From Chlorokybus atmophyticus (lineage: Eukaryota; Plantae; Mesostigma and Chlorokybus algae), in assembly GCA_009103225.1 (NCBI GenBank), contig RHPI01003642.1:156451-220450 (forward strand): a stretch of DNA of 64,000 bases, read 5' to 3'. The notes below the pieces were generated by a model. It had not been told where the DNA came from. It was given only the letters and a program-made list of their open reading frames with translations, and did no database searches. The position numbers were made by a program, and so were the translations under genes. Shown here piece after piece: positions 1 through 12,347 of this stretch; the first letter of the stretch is position 1; each line of letters opens with the position of its first letter.

Positions 1-1206
1 TCCTATTCGTTTGCGGCGGCAGCGCACGCACCAGCGAGCTTGCCCTAGAAAAGCCGAGGAAGAGTCCAAGAACGCACCAAGAGAGCGCACGCCTGCTGGA
101 TAACATCCTCGGTACCAGGCTGCTACGATCTGCACGTGTAAGTACAGTTCTTTGCACACGCTTCAACTTGGGTCTAGTGGCATCTAGCCACGTGCTGGTA
201 CGGGCTGTCATCGTATTAGTCTGCTATGGAGGGAAGCGGGATGCCCTACCTGAAGTAGGCTACCGCATGACCTTACGAGCTTCCGTATTCGAGTTGAACG
301 TCACCCAAGCTGAGATGCTCTCTGCAGCGAAATGCAGAGTGGTGCGGCCCCGGGTGCCCCCTGCTTGTTCGTCACGCGAATTTTGTCTGACCTTATGGCT
401 GAAATTGAAATCACAGCATAACCTCTCTGTTACAAACCGCTGACCAAGAGATCTCGCCTTGTAAGAAACGTTTTAATGTGAACATATCAAACAAAAGCTG
501 TCCACTCCAAGATCAAGAGACCCCGCAGCAGGACCTCAACATCATCGATTTTTTCTTACACGAAGGGTGCGGTATAAAATGCATTAACGTATGCATGTTT
601 TGAAAGTTATATATTACTGGACGTAAGTAAGTGTCTTACAAATATTATGTGCCGGACAGCATGACATAGCATTAAACATTATACACGGCGTGATGTTTGT
701 GACGTAACCTCGACCTAAGAGTTCGATCTTTGACGTCGAGGAAATAGACACGTTTTATGAGATAAAATGTAGGAGGATGTGTCTTCTATTCGAACACACG
801 CTTCTGTGAGATGAAGTTATACTAAATGGTCAGGTGACACAGCTGCTTGCTGGGCGTGGCAAAGCTTTCGTGCATAGGGTAGCGAAACGAGGGAACAGCC
901 GACATAGGAAAAAATTGATGAAACTGGATGTTTGCTCATGCTCTACGTTGAAAGTTCCAAACATGTAGCAAAGGGCGGTTACTGAAGCCAGCTTCGGCTG
1001 CGACAAATACTATTGCGATAGAGCTGACGACTTCATTGACGGAATTTAAGCTGACCCACTCGACCAAGTCCTTATAGGTGCTGCACGTTATCTACGTACA
1101 CTGTATAATGCAGCATGTGGTACATGCTGCGCTAGAATGTAGCAGCAATTGTTGCAACAACCTACAAAAACCTACATGTTACTGGTTGAGCACTACCGTA
1201 TTTCGT

Positions 1207-1320
1207 CCCCCCCCCCCCCGTTTATTATGCAGGGGGGGCTTTGTTTGTANNNNNNNNNNNNNNNNNNNNNNNNNNNNNNNNNNNNNCCCCCCCCCCCCCC
1301 CCTACCCTCTTACACCCCCC
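1207..1320. repeat. Poly-C/poly-G tracts flanking an N gap
   Basis: C-run from 1207, G-run at 1232-1238, N gap ~1250-1286, then a further C-run. Typical assembly dropout at homopolymers. Confidence 0.9.
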
Positions 1321-1522
1321 GGGGTGGGTGGGGGTATTGGTGGGTGGAGGCGTGCATAAACATACACTAAGTTGTTTGAGGCATGATTAGGGCGACTATG
1401 ACCGTGGCAGAGCCACGGCCTTTACCGCTGCCACCCCCAATGTCGCCGCCGCCCCCTCCGCCGCCTGTTTCCGTTGTATCTCGCGCCTGCCGCCTGAGGG
1501 CAGGCGCGAAATACGACGCACA

Positions 1523-1561
1523 GTTACGCTGCGTCGCGTATCTGACGCGACGCAGCGTAAC
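1523..1561. repeat. Perfect 17-bp inverted repeat (hairpin, 5-nt loop)
   Basis: GTTACGCTGCGTCGCGT (1523-1539) - ATCTG - ACGCGACGCAGCGTAAC (1545-1561) are exact reverse complements. Confidence 0.9.
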
Positions 1562-1604
1562 GCCGCGCAGAAATACTACCGCCCGCGTCTCATAAGTTCG
1601 CCCT

Positions 1605-1658
1605 AATACAACCCCCCTAAACATAGGGGGGGCTTTGTTTGTAAGGGGGGGTTGTATT
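1605..1658. repeat. 13-bp inverted repeat with C/G tracts; contains a 19-mer also present at 1231-1249
   Basis: AATACAACCCCCC (1605-1617) pairs with GGGGGGTTGTATT (1646-1658). AGGGGGGGCTTTGTTTGTA occurs at both 1231-1249 and 1625-1643. Confidence 0.8.
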
Positions 1659-3782
1659 CGCACAAGTACGGTAATGTTGTCGTGCATACGAATTCCTTCT
1701 ATAGCATTTGCATATCGAGTACGTCATTGCACAATAACCTAACAAACTTCCGCTAATAACACAACAATAATTCAGACGTACTGAAACCCCGCAATGTGAG
1801 CTTTTCCACAATTCTCCATAAGGAAAACATGTAGGGAGGGACACAGTGTCTCTCCCTACTTGTAGGGCAAAATGTTAACTACTACTTGGATCTTCGGCTT
1901 CAACTTCAATCCCATCCATCTATTGCAGGTTGGAGTGAGGGTCTCAGGTTTGTGCTGTATTCGTATGCAGCACCGTTGTAGCATGCTCTGCCAAGATGTT
2001 ACGAAAAAGTTGCTAAAGCAAGTCAGCAGATTGTCATGTTAGACGCACGTTTCAACTTCATGACAGCATCTCCACGTGCTGAATGAACTATTGTCCAGGC
2101 AACAATATTGATGAGCACCCATGTGCATGAGCTTCACGACCTCTGCACGCCATGCTGCCTGTGGTTATTACTTTCTTGTTCAATGTGCTGGCAGCTCCAT
2201 AATGCAGTATCAACATCATTGGGTGTCAGTGGCTAAGAGTTGATAAGGTATCATTGGCTAACAGCAGGTGTGTGTAACATGCATCTTACATAGTCGTGGG
2301 TAAGCATCCACTGCAGTATGGGTCAATAAGTGAGTGTTACTTGTTGGGATCTAGTAAGACGCGAGTCAACCCTATCGTGGACGTGAACGCTATCGTGGAA
2401 GTTGAATTGAACATGGAGGAGTAGAAGGGACCCGGGTTGTCGAACAGGTTGGCGTTGCACTGCAGCCACAGCATGCGGCGCCGCATCCGACGGCCCTGAT
2501 GGTCATGGGGCAGCTCAAGACCCCGCCAAGTTGGCAACGCCAAACCCCCAGACGCAGCGACGCTTGGAAGCGGTTGGTGGACGTGGACGCTAGAAAAGCT
2601 GGACAGCGGTCGTCGCCAATTGCCCGACGCTTGGCCACCTGCAGCTTACTAAGCCCCGCAGCTGACGGAGGGACCTGCGTGGCTGGCGCCAGGCGGGGGT
2701 CGACGTGGAGGGGCTAGGCAAAGGTTCCTGCGGGGCTGAACGCTTGCCAGCCTTGCCCCCCTCCGCCGCCCCTGCAGCGCTTTACGCCCCCGCCTAGGAC
2801 CCTGGATACCTCCTCCTGCGCACTGACTGTCCTACCCTCACCCGGCGGACGCCGCTCCCGCACCAACTCCTGCTCCCTACCTGCGCCTCTCGCTTCAGCA
2901 CCAGCAGCTTCAGCGCTTCCCGCTCCAGCAGAAGAATCGCCCTGCTCCTGCTGCCCTCATCGCTCCCTTACACCCTCTCCGGAACTACACCCCCTTCCCC
3001 CTCACCCCTCCATCCGCCATCAGACCGCCGCAGCCGCGCCATCACTCAAGGCCCGTAAATGGCTGGCGGCAGTGAATCATTAATTTATCCCAACCTGGTG
3101 CCCGAGGCCTTGGGCCACAGTTAGCCAAACCTCGTAAGCTCCTTTCCTACTGCCGCGCCCCGCCTAAAGCATATAATGCATAGGGTATGTGTCATCTTTC
3201 ATAATGCATGTGCACATATTTGTAAAGCCCCTGTAATAATATAGGTGTTGCTCTTGCCTGTCTTTGTGTCTAGTTTGCTTGCTGCTTGTGCTGTTGCTTG
3301 TGGTGTATTTGGATTGCTTCTTTCCCCTACGACTTATACCTTATGCACGGTGCTTAATGGCCACAATCATGTGACGCTATAAATGGTAGCCCACAGTCTG
3401 CGGAGGTCATTGTACAATGTTCTAACCATGAATGCGTCCGAAGGGTTCAAGCATTGCAAGCTTTTTCCAGTATGTTTACAAGACCAAAAGCCTATTCTAT
3501 GCATGCAACACGCTTACTTCACACATGTTGCTAAGGTGCTCCCAACGAGCGCAGCAGCATCGACACCAGACAGTGCGAAGACTCTCAAGTGCCGATTTAA
3601 AACTGCTATGCCTAAGCCAATGATGATTTATCACTTTATCACAGCAATATTTGCCACAAGCATGCGTGCGTCATTCATGTTAGAACAGTAACTTACAACA
3701 CATGGAACCTAAGAATATTGTCAGGGTCTATATAGACAATGATGAATGAGGAAGGCAACAGGGTCACACAAGACACACGAAG

Positions 3783-6700
3783 CTAGCATTGTATGTACAT
3801 AGACGGACTAAACGGCTCGTAGCCAGGCCGGACTTCAACCATAACAGCAGCGGCATCACCCTGCAGGCGCGAACGCACCGGACTCACAGCAAATCCAGGA
3901 CCAAATGCCTCCAAGCTGAACGATGGCTGCACACAAGAAGCGAGCAATCAGTTGTGTCTACAGCTCGGCATGCAATTCAACCAAGCAAAAGACCTGCGGG
4001 CGCTCAGTACCTGACGGAAGACGCTGGCAACTTTCTCAAGAGCCTCATTTCTGTAGCCACCAAAAGGATTGGAAGATGGTGTCTCCATGGTATATGACGT
4101 TAGGGCCTCGATCATTGCATCTTGACCAGCATCAGGCCCCCAGGTATGAAGCAGCTCTGCTGCTCCATGGTAGACATCGGAGTTTGCATCCAGGTGTCGC
4201 ATCATTGCAAACAGCGCATCCTCATCGGGATTGTGAGTGTCAGCTTGGCCTTCAGACTCTCCAAAAGCTGCCGACTCCAGAGCAGATGCCCGCACAGCCT
4301 CCGCTTCATCCCTAACAACCTTGGGTGGTGCTGTAAACTGGTCCGCCATTGCCTGCCCCTTGTGCTCCATCATAAGAAGGCCAGCAGCAGACGTGAGCAT
4401 GTTCTCCATCTGCGGGACAAGCTCCGCAGATGCACGCGCCAAGTCAGCATTACAATCACCTAATTTTGCACCGCTGTGGCCTTCCAGAGAAAGGCTGCCA
4501 TAAGTTGGCCTGTGCGGCGTTGTCTTGAATGCTGAAGGAAGCTGAGCCTCTTCAAAAATAATGCGTGCACGTGTAGCAATCGCAATTGCTGATTGCGGCG
4601 ACTCCTGTTGAGGTGATATCTCAAACTCAAAGCTGTTGAGGGACGAGATGTCAGACAATCGCCTTCGTTTCCGCACAATAGACGGAGTTGACCCGAAAGA
4701 TGCAGCAACTTCGCGCAGTTTCAATTGGGGTGTATCCAAACAGTCAAATGGCGACAGAGCACTGCAAGGAGCACAATCAATGCTGTCAAGGCCATGTTCA
4801 ATAAAAGATTGCAAGGCAGCGATGCCGCCGCCGGCGCAAATGCGACTTACATGGTCTGCCTCAACCCAAGCGGACTGAATTGCCCATGCCGAACAATTGG
4901 TGTGCCGGTGCCAGTTGCCTGCCTGAACTCTGTTTGTAACACCTGCGACAAGGAAGCCTTGAAGAAAACCACACAGCTGCCAATGCCAGCATGGCGGAGG
5001 AACCCAACAAACCTTGAGCGCGTGACTCGGGTCGAGTGGTACACGAGGAGGCTCATAGCACAAGGCACCCTCCAACTCTTCAGCAGGAGCATCAATGCGG
5101 CCTGCACAAGGTGCCAGTTGTTAGGCCACAGCACAAGTGAAGCGTACTGTCAAAGTGTTAAAATATACCGCTGGGAGACGCCTCCCAGGTCGCAACGTGC
5201 GTAGCAAAGGTGCTGCCGTTCCCTTTGACACCAAACATAGCGCAAGCAGCAGCCTCAGGCCGCTGGGGTCCAAGGGCTGAGCCAACAGCATCTTCCAGCC
5301 TTCCAGTCATTGTCCAAGCCTTGCTGGGTGAACATGTACCTGGTGCACCTAGAGCTGCAGTGTTCGCGTAAGCACCGCAGACAGGTTGGCAGACTTGGAT
5401 AGGAGCTGGTGCGAACTGCTGGAGTCGAGGCGACATATGCGATTTCTGAAGTGGGCTTATCGGCGAGGTCGGCTGTAGAATGGCAGGTTTGTACCCGACA
5501 TGATGCCCTTGCGGACTCGAGGGAACTGGCAACATATTCATGATTAGGTTGAAGCAGCAACAGTAGCATCATCGCTAGGCAAGTATGCAGGCTGTTGTTG
5601 CAGCACTTACCTTGTCGTTTGGCGGGTGACATTGGAGGTAGTGATCCGTTGGTGTGCATACGAGGTGGCATAGGTCCGGCTGCGTTGCTAACAGTAGCTC
5701 CGGCAAATTGGCTGTGGATCCGCCGATCAGATTCACGCTTGGCAATCTCCTCTTGCTGCAGCTGTTCTTCAAGCTTGCGCTTCATTGTGCTGTTCCAGTG
5801 ATTCTTGATGGAGTTGTCAGTCCGACCAGGCAAAACCTTGGCGATCTCCGCCCATTTGTTGCCAAATTGTCGATGCGCCTCCAGCAACGCCCGGTCCTCT
5901 TCCTCAGTCCAAGCATCACGTCGTATGTCCGGGTTCAGGTGGTTGTGCCATCTGCACAGACGCTGTCAGCAGGTGCAAACACTAGGATGATACTGTGCAA
6001 ATCCAGCAACGTATATTCAGCAACATGCCAGTGTGTATGTGGGCAGCTGTATCCAACCATTAGTTCAGACATCATGGGAAGAACATGATTGCTTTACAGC
6101 GCGACTGATGCATCACTGATTTGTGCATCAGAGAACCAGAGGTTACCTCTCCCTGCATTGCTTGCCAATACGCCCAGGTAGTTTTTGAGCAATTTGTGAC
6201 CATTTCTTAGCACCATACTCCTTGACAAGACGCACAATCTTTTCATCTTCCTGGCAAAGCAGCGCAATAACATATCAGACGCAGAGCTTGGAAAAGTGCA
6301 AGTGGTGAAGACAAAGCTAGCTGCATACCAAACATGCTCCTGATTTCTGATACGAAACAAGCCAGATACTCTGCGGATCAAACCAACCTCTTTTGTCCAA
6401 GGGCCTTTTACGAGCTCGGGGTTCAACACCTTCTGCCACCTGTGCAAGCACTGTACATCTGTGCGGTCCGTGAAAAACTCCGCTGCAGCCACAACGATTG
6501 CATCAGCAGCTGCTTCAAAGGCATTCCAGCACAGAACAACCGCCAACCACGATTACCTATCTTCTTCCAGTTTTTGCCTTGATACAGCTGTACAGCTCTA
6601 CGCAGAGTTTCATCCTGCATATTGCGTTGCATAAGATACTACGATACCACATTTGAGCAGCATGCAATCATGCCTCATCCTACACCAGCAATGAATGCAT

Positions 6701-7148
6701 GAGCAAGCTTGCAGCAGTGTACATACTTCCTCTTTCGTCCAGCCGCCCTTTGATGATCTGCGCGTTGGGCCACCCGTTCGCCTGCAGCAGTCACAAGCAG
6801 TACCAAACAGTGAGAATTGAGCTTAACAACTGGTTAGCCAACATGGCGACAACGGCCGAACTGCGCAGATACTGCATCCCGCTGAGGTTTGGATGGCTTA
6901 CACCACGCAATGGCTGCAAAGCCCTTACAAAGACAGTACACAGCCCACAATACGCACCCTTTTACCGGAGGCAGCGCCTCTGCACCCGATACTGGGACTA
7001 AGCCTGTCGCCGGACGTGCAAGCAACGAGGCGGGCCCACTATCTGCAGCAGCACCGCTGGCTCCAGCATCGCTGCTGCCGCCCTCATCACTGCTAGAAGA
7101 CGTGCTCGGCCGGCCCTCTCCTCCTGCTTCCCTGCCTCCCAACACCAT
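3783..7148 (-). CDS. MYB3R: R1R2R3-MYB (3R-MYB) cell-cycle transcription factor, multi-exon
   Basis: Spliced exons give three MYB repeats: [79 protein letters not shown]...[31 protein letters not shown]...[29 protein letters not shown]. Also the MYB3R-type motif [16 protein letters not shown] and C-terminal FSPSMYIQC*. Start codon approximate. Confidence 0.95.
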
Positions 7149-7234
7149 TTTGCCCTTCCTCGACCACCCGCAGCAAGTTCACCGCCGCCGCCACCGGCAC
7201 CACCACCACCAGGTTGAACTAGCAGCTGCTAGCC

Positions 7235-7932
7235 AACGGCCTTCATGCCCCGCGGCTCCAGCGCCGCCTGGCTGCCAGCGCCATCATCAGGATCTCTGCA
7301 GCGAACCCAGCGCAGCTATATCCCGCATGTAGCACCGATGACACCACCTCCCTCCACCACAATGACACCGCCGGCGCCACGTCCGCCTACGCCACCTCCG
7401 CCCCTGCCCGCCGCCGCCCAGTAACCGCAAGCTGAATACGTAGCACTCAAAAACCAAAAATCCCACAGCTGTCCCCAACCCTACCCCCAGCCCGGGCAAA
7501 CCACAGCCCAAATGGGCCTCAAAGCCTGCTTTGCATGAAAAAACGGAACACTAGCGCCTTAACGGCCGAAAAAATTTGAAATGCGGCCGACAAATCGCAT
7601 TTCATGAAAAGAATCGACCCCTTAACCGGGATCTCTGGCCATCTGCTACGCCGATCCGACGGTATACCAAACCCATACTCAAGTCTACTCAACGGCTTCG
7701 ATGACCGTAAGTTGCGTTCAGCCCTTCGATCCCGGTTAGCGCTGCGGCCGTTGAGAGCTCAACCTCTCCGTGCTCAGTTATGTGAGCCGAGCCAGCAGTA
7801 CGTGTCGTGGGGTACGGTGCCGACCAAGCAGGCTGATTGGACAGGGTGACGGGGGACAGGATGTGCGGCAGATGCGATGGCGACGTCGGCCAAACTTTGA
7901 ACTCTGTTTGACGTCAGTGCTTTCTGTAACGG
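7235..7932. promoter_or_regulatory. Cluster of MSA-like (AACGG) and CHR-like (TTTGAA) motifs at the 5' end/upstream of MYB3R
   Basis: AACGG at 7235, 7542, 7561, 7691, 7928 and CCGTT at 7748; TTTGAA at 7575 and 7896. Function inferred. Confidence 0.5.
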
Positions 7933-7989
7933 CTCAACCAGTGTGAACTCTCAGAAGGCTTGCCACAGCCGGTCATTGGATGTAGCTCA

Positions 7990-8140
7990 CCAGCATGGCT
8001 GGTACCAACACTCTACCAAACCATCTTTGACCGTGCGAAGGTATGGGGCAACAAGCGACTGTACTTGGCGTTTCAAATTGCGCAGCGCACGTCGTACCAC
8101 TTACCCTGGTCCGCGCAAAGCCACAATCCAGTCAGAAGTT
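7990..8140 (+). mobile_element. Possible decayed Ty3/Gypsy integrase C-terminal (GPY/F-like) fragment
   Basis: Peptide KVWGNKRLYLAFQIAQRTSYHLPWSAQSHNPV loosely resembles the recalled pattern YxGPFxIxxR...xYxLxLP...HxV. No LTR or other TE domain seen. Confidence 0.25.
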
Positions 8141-10082
8141 CTGACTCAGAACAGACCAAGCCGAGACGAAGCCGCGATATCTTTGCTATTGCTATTTCCG
8201 TGATTGCATGAACACAACCAGGTACGTATGAGATTGTACATTACAAGTTACACATGGCCATAGTTGCTTGGTATGCATCATGTTCAGGCTGCCACCAAGC
8301 ATGACAGATGCAGTAGAGCACTTAGCGCAAGAGTAGGCACAAGCACAGTCATAAACTCAAGCACCAGCAAGCAGAAAAAGTCACGAATTACTTGCAACAA
8401 GTATCAGGTAGGGGTACCCACATTGTGTGCATGCAATTACTTGATTTGATGCATCGCTCCAGCCGCCATGGCGGCCTCATTATCATCGCACGACACAGCA
8501 CTGCTCCACACCCCTCACCCTGCGCTGCTGTTGCTGTAGGTTGCTGCAATCCACACGCGCACCTACCTCCGGCCTTGTGCCAACAGGTTTGCCTTGCAGC
8601 TTTGAGCGTGCTTGCCATTGCCTGCCCCGCTGCCTCTGCCCCTCCCCTCCGCTCATCACCAGCACATAACTTGGTTTGTGCCCTTGCCCTTGTCATTTAG
8701 GTGCTCTTGCACGTAATTGCAGTGCTTGTGCTTGGCGATGCAAGCATGATGTGTTGATATCTGAAAAGCTTATGCATAGCGGTGATGAAGCAACAGACAG
8801 GGACGTCATTGTCACGGCCTGCGGCGAGCGCGTGGGCATGACAACACAAGCGGCTCAGCCAGCCAAGCGCCGCAAGTATAGTGACCACACACCCAACACC
8901 TTCCACCCGCTAGCCCCGCCAGCTGTGAATGAAAACGCACGGAAAGGACTTTCATGGCGTTCTGCGCAGGTGCGCTCCTCAAGTCACGCAGGTGCGAGGG
9001 GTAGAGCAGCGACGCTTCGAGGGGTTCGTGTGTCTTGCGCTCTAGCGAGTCTCATGTGCACTGCAGCACGCGCAGGCCGTGGCACTCATGGAGCGTGGAT
9101 CAGTCGCAGTGGCGGTGATGCCGAAGTGGATATACTTATGACGCCAGGATCTCAACAACGGCCACCGACGGACTTGCTTAGAGTACTGCCCGTGCATGGG
9201 TTGCATGGAGTGTGTGTGACATGTGTAGTTTACCAATAGCGTTCGAAGTAGGCATGGTAGCTGCGCTGACAACTGGATGCTTGCATGTGATTGTGATATT
9301 ATGTACAATTACATTGACATGTATACATGTTTGTGGCAAGAAGTAGGCAGTGCAAAGTTGCACCAACCGACCAAGCACAACGGATATCGATCAATGATAA
9401 TGCGTATTGAGCGCTTTTGCAATTGAAGTTTGATTGGATGGAACCTTTTAGTAATAGTGGTACACTTGAATCTTTACATATGAAGTCCACGTTCTTCACT
9501 TATTGTTCCACGTCTTGAATGCATTCGTGCCTTGTGGTGCATCCATGCATTTGAATTCGTACAGTTGTGCAAGGATCATTCAATCAATCGCATTGTACGC
9601 ATCAAAGTGACCTTAGCACAACGAATGCTTAGACGCAGGAACCGCCATTGTCAAGGCCTCATGATGGCACATGTCGTTGCAGGCTTGGTGATCATGCTGC
9701 CGGTTGTTAGCCCTTTGTGGTATCCTGATGCATGTTCCCGGCCTGCAAAATAGCCCCATCTGCTTGGCGTCTCTTGCGAGTGTGGTAGCTCGTTGCAACC
9801 ATAATAGTGATTGTGAAGTTTGCAGAAAACAATCTTGAAAAACACTTCCTTGGCTTGTATGTACAGCGACAGCAAACTAACATTAACTTCAACACGTTCA
9901 ACCAGCCAACACGTCAACAACTCCCCCATCACCTAACACGCGTACACATGGACACTGCACCACTCTGGCTATATAGGACGTCACAAATCTTCATGGGCGC
10001 CATCACCTGCCAGCAACAATGTGCGTTAGTGTAGGGGCGTGACGTGCAGCCTCGTTTTTCACGAACCAATGTATCAACCACA

Positions 10083-11099
10083 TCATGTAGTAGTAACCTG
10101 ACTTTGGAGGGCAGACCGCATCCCATGGATACGGGAACCGCAACTCCGCAGCTGACTCTAATGACTCCCATGAAGGGTACGCATACCTGCCAACATGCAG
10201 TCGTTTGACAATTGAGTAAACATCTCAGGGACCCAGACGACCCGCAACGTACACTTGGATCGGTGGGTCCGATATAATGACTATGAACTGAAGCAGGGAT
10301 GCTCCAGTATTTCTGAGCTGCAATGGAAAATTGTTACTAATACCATGACACTTGTGAATGCATTCGCTTGATGTGAAGCGCAATGGCAACACCTGATGCA
10401 CTGCATCTGGGGCGACTGTGATTGTGTCATTGGCCTGTATGCGCTGTTTGATTGGCGTTGTGCCCCCTGACAGGGCCGTGAGCAGGGTGCCCTCCCCCTG
10501 TGTAGTAAAAGTAAATCATGGACTCAACAACCAACACAGTAGCGCAATTGGTGATGTGGGCAGGCGCTAGCTAACCTGTGTCACTACAAACACTTCCTCA
10601 CAATCGTGCCGATGTATTGGTGTACCAGCACCCGGAGCAAAGCCTTGCAACCAGACTTCAACCTGTTGCAGGCATGCACGCTGTGACGGTGGCCTCTGGA
10701 AGGAACCACTAATGGTGCCATGCATCCAGTTCGGCATAGTGACTGCTAGAGTAGTGACTGTACGCTGACTAACAAAGCTCAATCTGGGTGCAAGCCTGCA
10801 TGCACGCTTACCTTCTTCAAGCCATGGTGAATGGCTCCAGCCAGCACGATGTGAGCCAGTCCAGGCCGGCCGTAGCTGTCTTGGTACATGCTTCCCACGT
10901 GCCTCACTGCAGCTGGCTCTGAAAGAACGCAAAGATCTGTAAACTTTCAAGCAAACCGGACAGATTGCAGGCAAACATGACAAAACAAGACCTGTGGAAT
11001 TGTAAGTCTACCTTGCGGGGGGTGGCAGTCTGCAAGCTTTGCTGCTTCAGCCATATTGAAAACAAGGAGTAACAACCAACACCCCAAAAGTATTCTCAT
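10083..11099 (-). CDS. ABP1: Auxin-binding protein 1-like cupin, secreted, 5 exons
   Basis: Signal peptide MRILLGCWLLLLVFNMAEA; QDSYGRPGLAHIVLAGAIHHGLKK; VEVWLQGFAPGAGTPIHRHDCEEVFVV (box A); GEGTLL...DAVHQ; LRNTG..LQFIVIISDPPIQ; VYAYPSW...LRFPYPWDAVCLQSQVTTT*. Confidence 0.9.
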
Positions 11100-11112
11100 T
11101 CTTCCTGCCACA

Positions 11113-12144
11113 CTATGCGTCCTCGGCCAAGTTCTGAGCACGCTTGGCTCGCTCCAACTCTGCCTGCTGCAGCTGCTTGCGATCGTACTCTCGCTTCTCA
11201 TACCAAAGCGACCCAAGGATGGCAATGAAAGCTGCGGTGCCTATAAACCCGACAACCTGCCAAGTTGTTGCAAATCGTGAGGACAAGATGCTGGTCAAGT
11301 TGACGTGCTGCCACATTAAGCGGAGAACAGCATCGTGGATACATGTCTGTACAGACAGGCTCAATGTGCAAGCTGTTTCTCCAACCATCACTGATGGAGT
11401 CTTTCGTGAACGCAACCCCAACTCAAACACGGTTCAAGCCAAAAGAGAGAGCTGCTGAGCGTATGCATGTGCAAGTTTGTGCAGCCTGCATGCCCACCCC
11501 CAGTGGCCACTCTGACTAGTCAAGCGTGTACAACAAAAGCAAAGTGTCCTGTTGCATGCAGAGTTTCCTGTGGATGCAACGACAGCGGGCAGCAGCAGAC
11601 CTGCTCTCGCAGCGTCCCGCGATAACGGTAGCGCTGGCCTGGCCAAGACATGACAGGCGGAAGGCGCAACTAGCGCAAGCGCTTTCTCTCTAAAGCTCTT
11701 TTCGTAACGAACAATCAAAGCACACGCACGTAAACAGATATCAGCGCTCAAAACTCCCCAACACCCTGCACAGAGCAACCACCCTGCATAAGGACAGGAA
11801 CAACAACACGACAACATGCAAGAACCAAAGCATGCTTGCATGCACGCATGCAGTGACGTATGCATGCACGCATGCACACGTTACTGCATGCAAGCAATAG
11901 AATGTGCACGAAGGATGGATCAAGGCGTGCATGGATCTAAACTACTCACAGGGTTTGGCCTGACGAAGAGCTCGGGGTTGAGGATCCTGAAGAGTCGGGT
12001 GGACGGCTGCTTGTAAGGTCCGCAGGGAGGCACGATAGGGTCCACCGGCGGAGTCGGCGTCGACTGCTTTGCTGCTCCTGCTGCTGCCGCGCCGGCTGCT
12101 TTCCTATGCCCACCGCCCTGCCGTTCTGGCCCGGGCGCTGACAT
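11113..12144 (-). CDS. SMIM8/DUF4500-like small single-pass membrane protein, 2 exons
   Basis: Exon 1 ends RLFRILNPELFVRPNP (GTGAGT donor), matching the recalled SMIM8 motif LFRAVNPELFIKPN. Exon 2 VVGFIGTAAFIAILGSLWYEKREYDRKQLQQAELERAKRAQNLAEDA* has a TM helix. Confidence 0.7.
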
Positions 12145-12347
12145 CCCTTTTTACGCCTAGCTAGCCCCTTTGCCTGTGCCTCCTGCACCCCTGTGTCCTC
12201 GTCTTACTCCCCGCCCATCGCCGCCGTCACCCAGGCTAACACACCTCAAAGCAACAAACAGCTATCTGTGCTGCGCTGATTTGTTGTTTCAGTGTAAGCG
12301 GCGGCTGCGGCGGTGTGGTTGTCGTCGTGGTGGCTTGTGACTTGGGG

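Noticed and set aside
8676-9760. Possible gene in 8.7-9.8 kb
   Set aside because: Open frames and some splice-like signals, but no consistent phase joining or recognisable domain.
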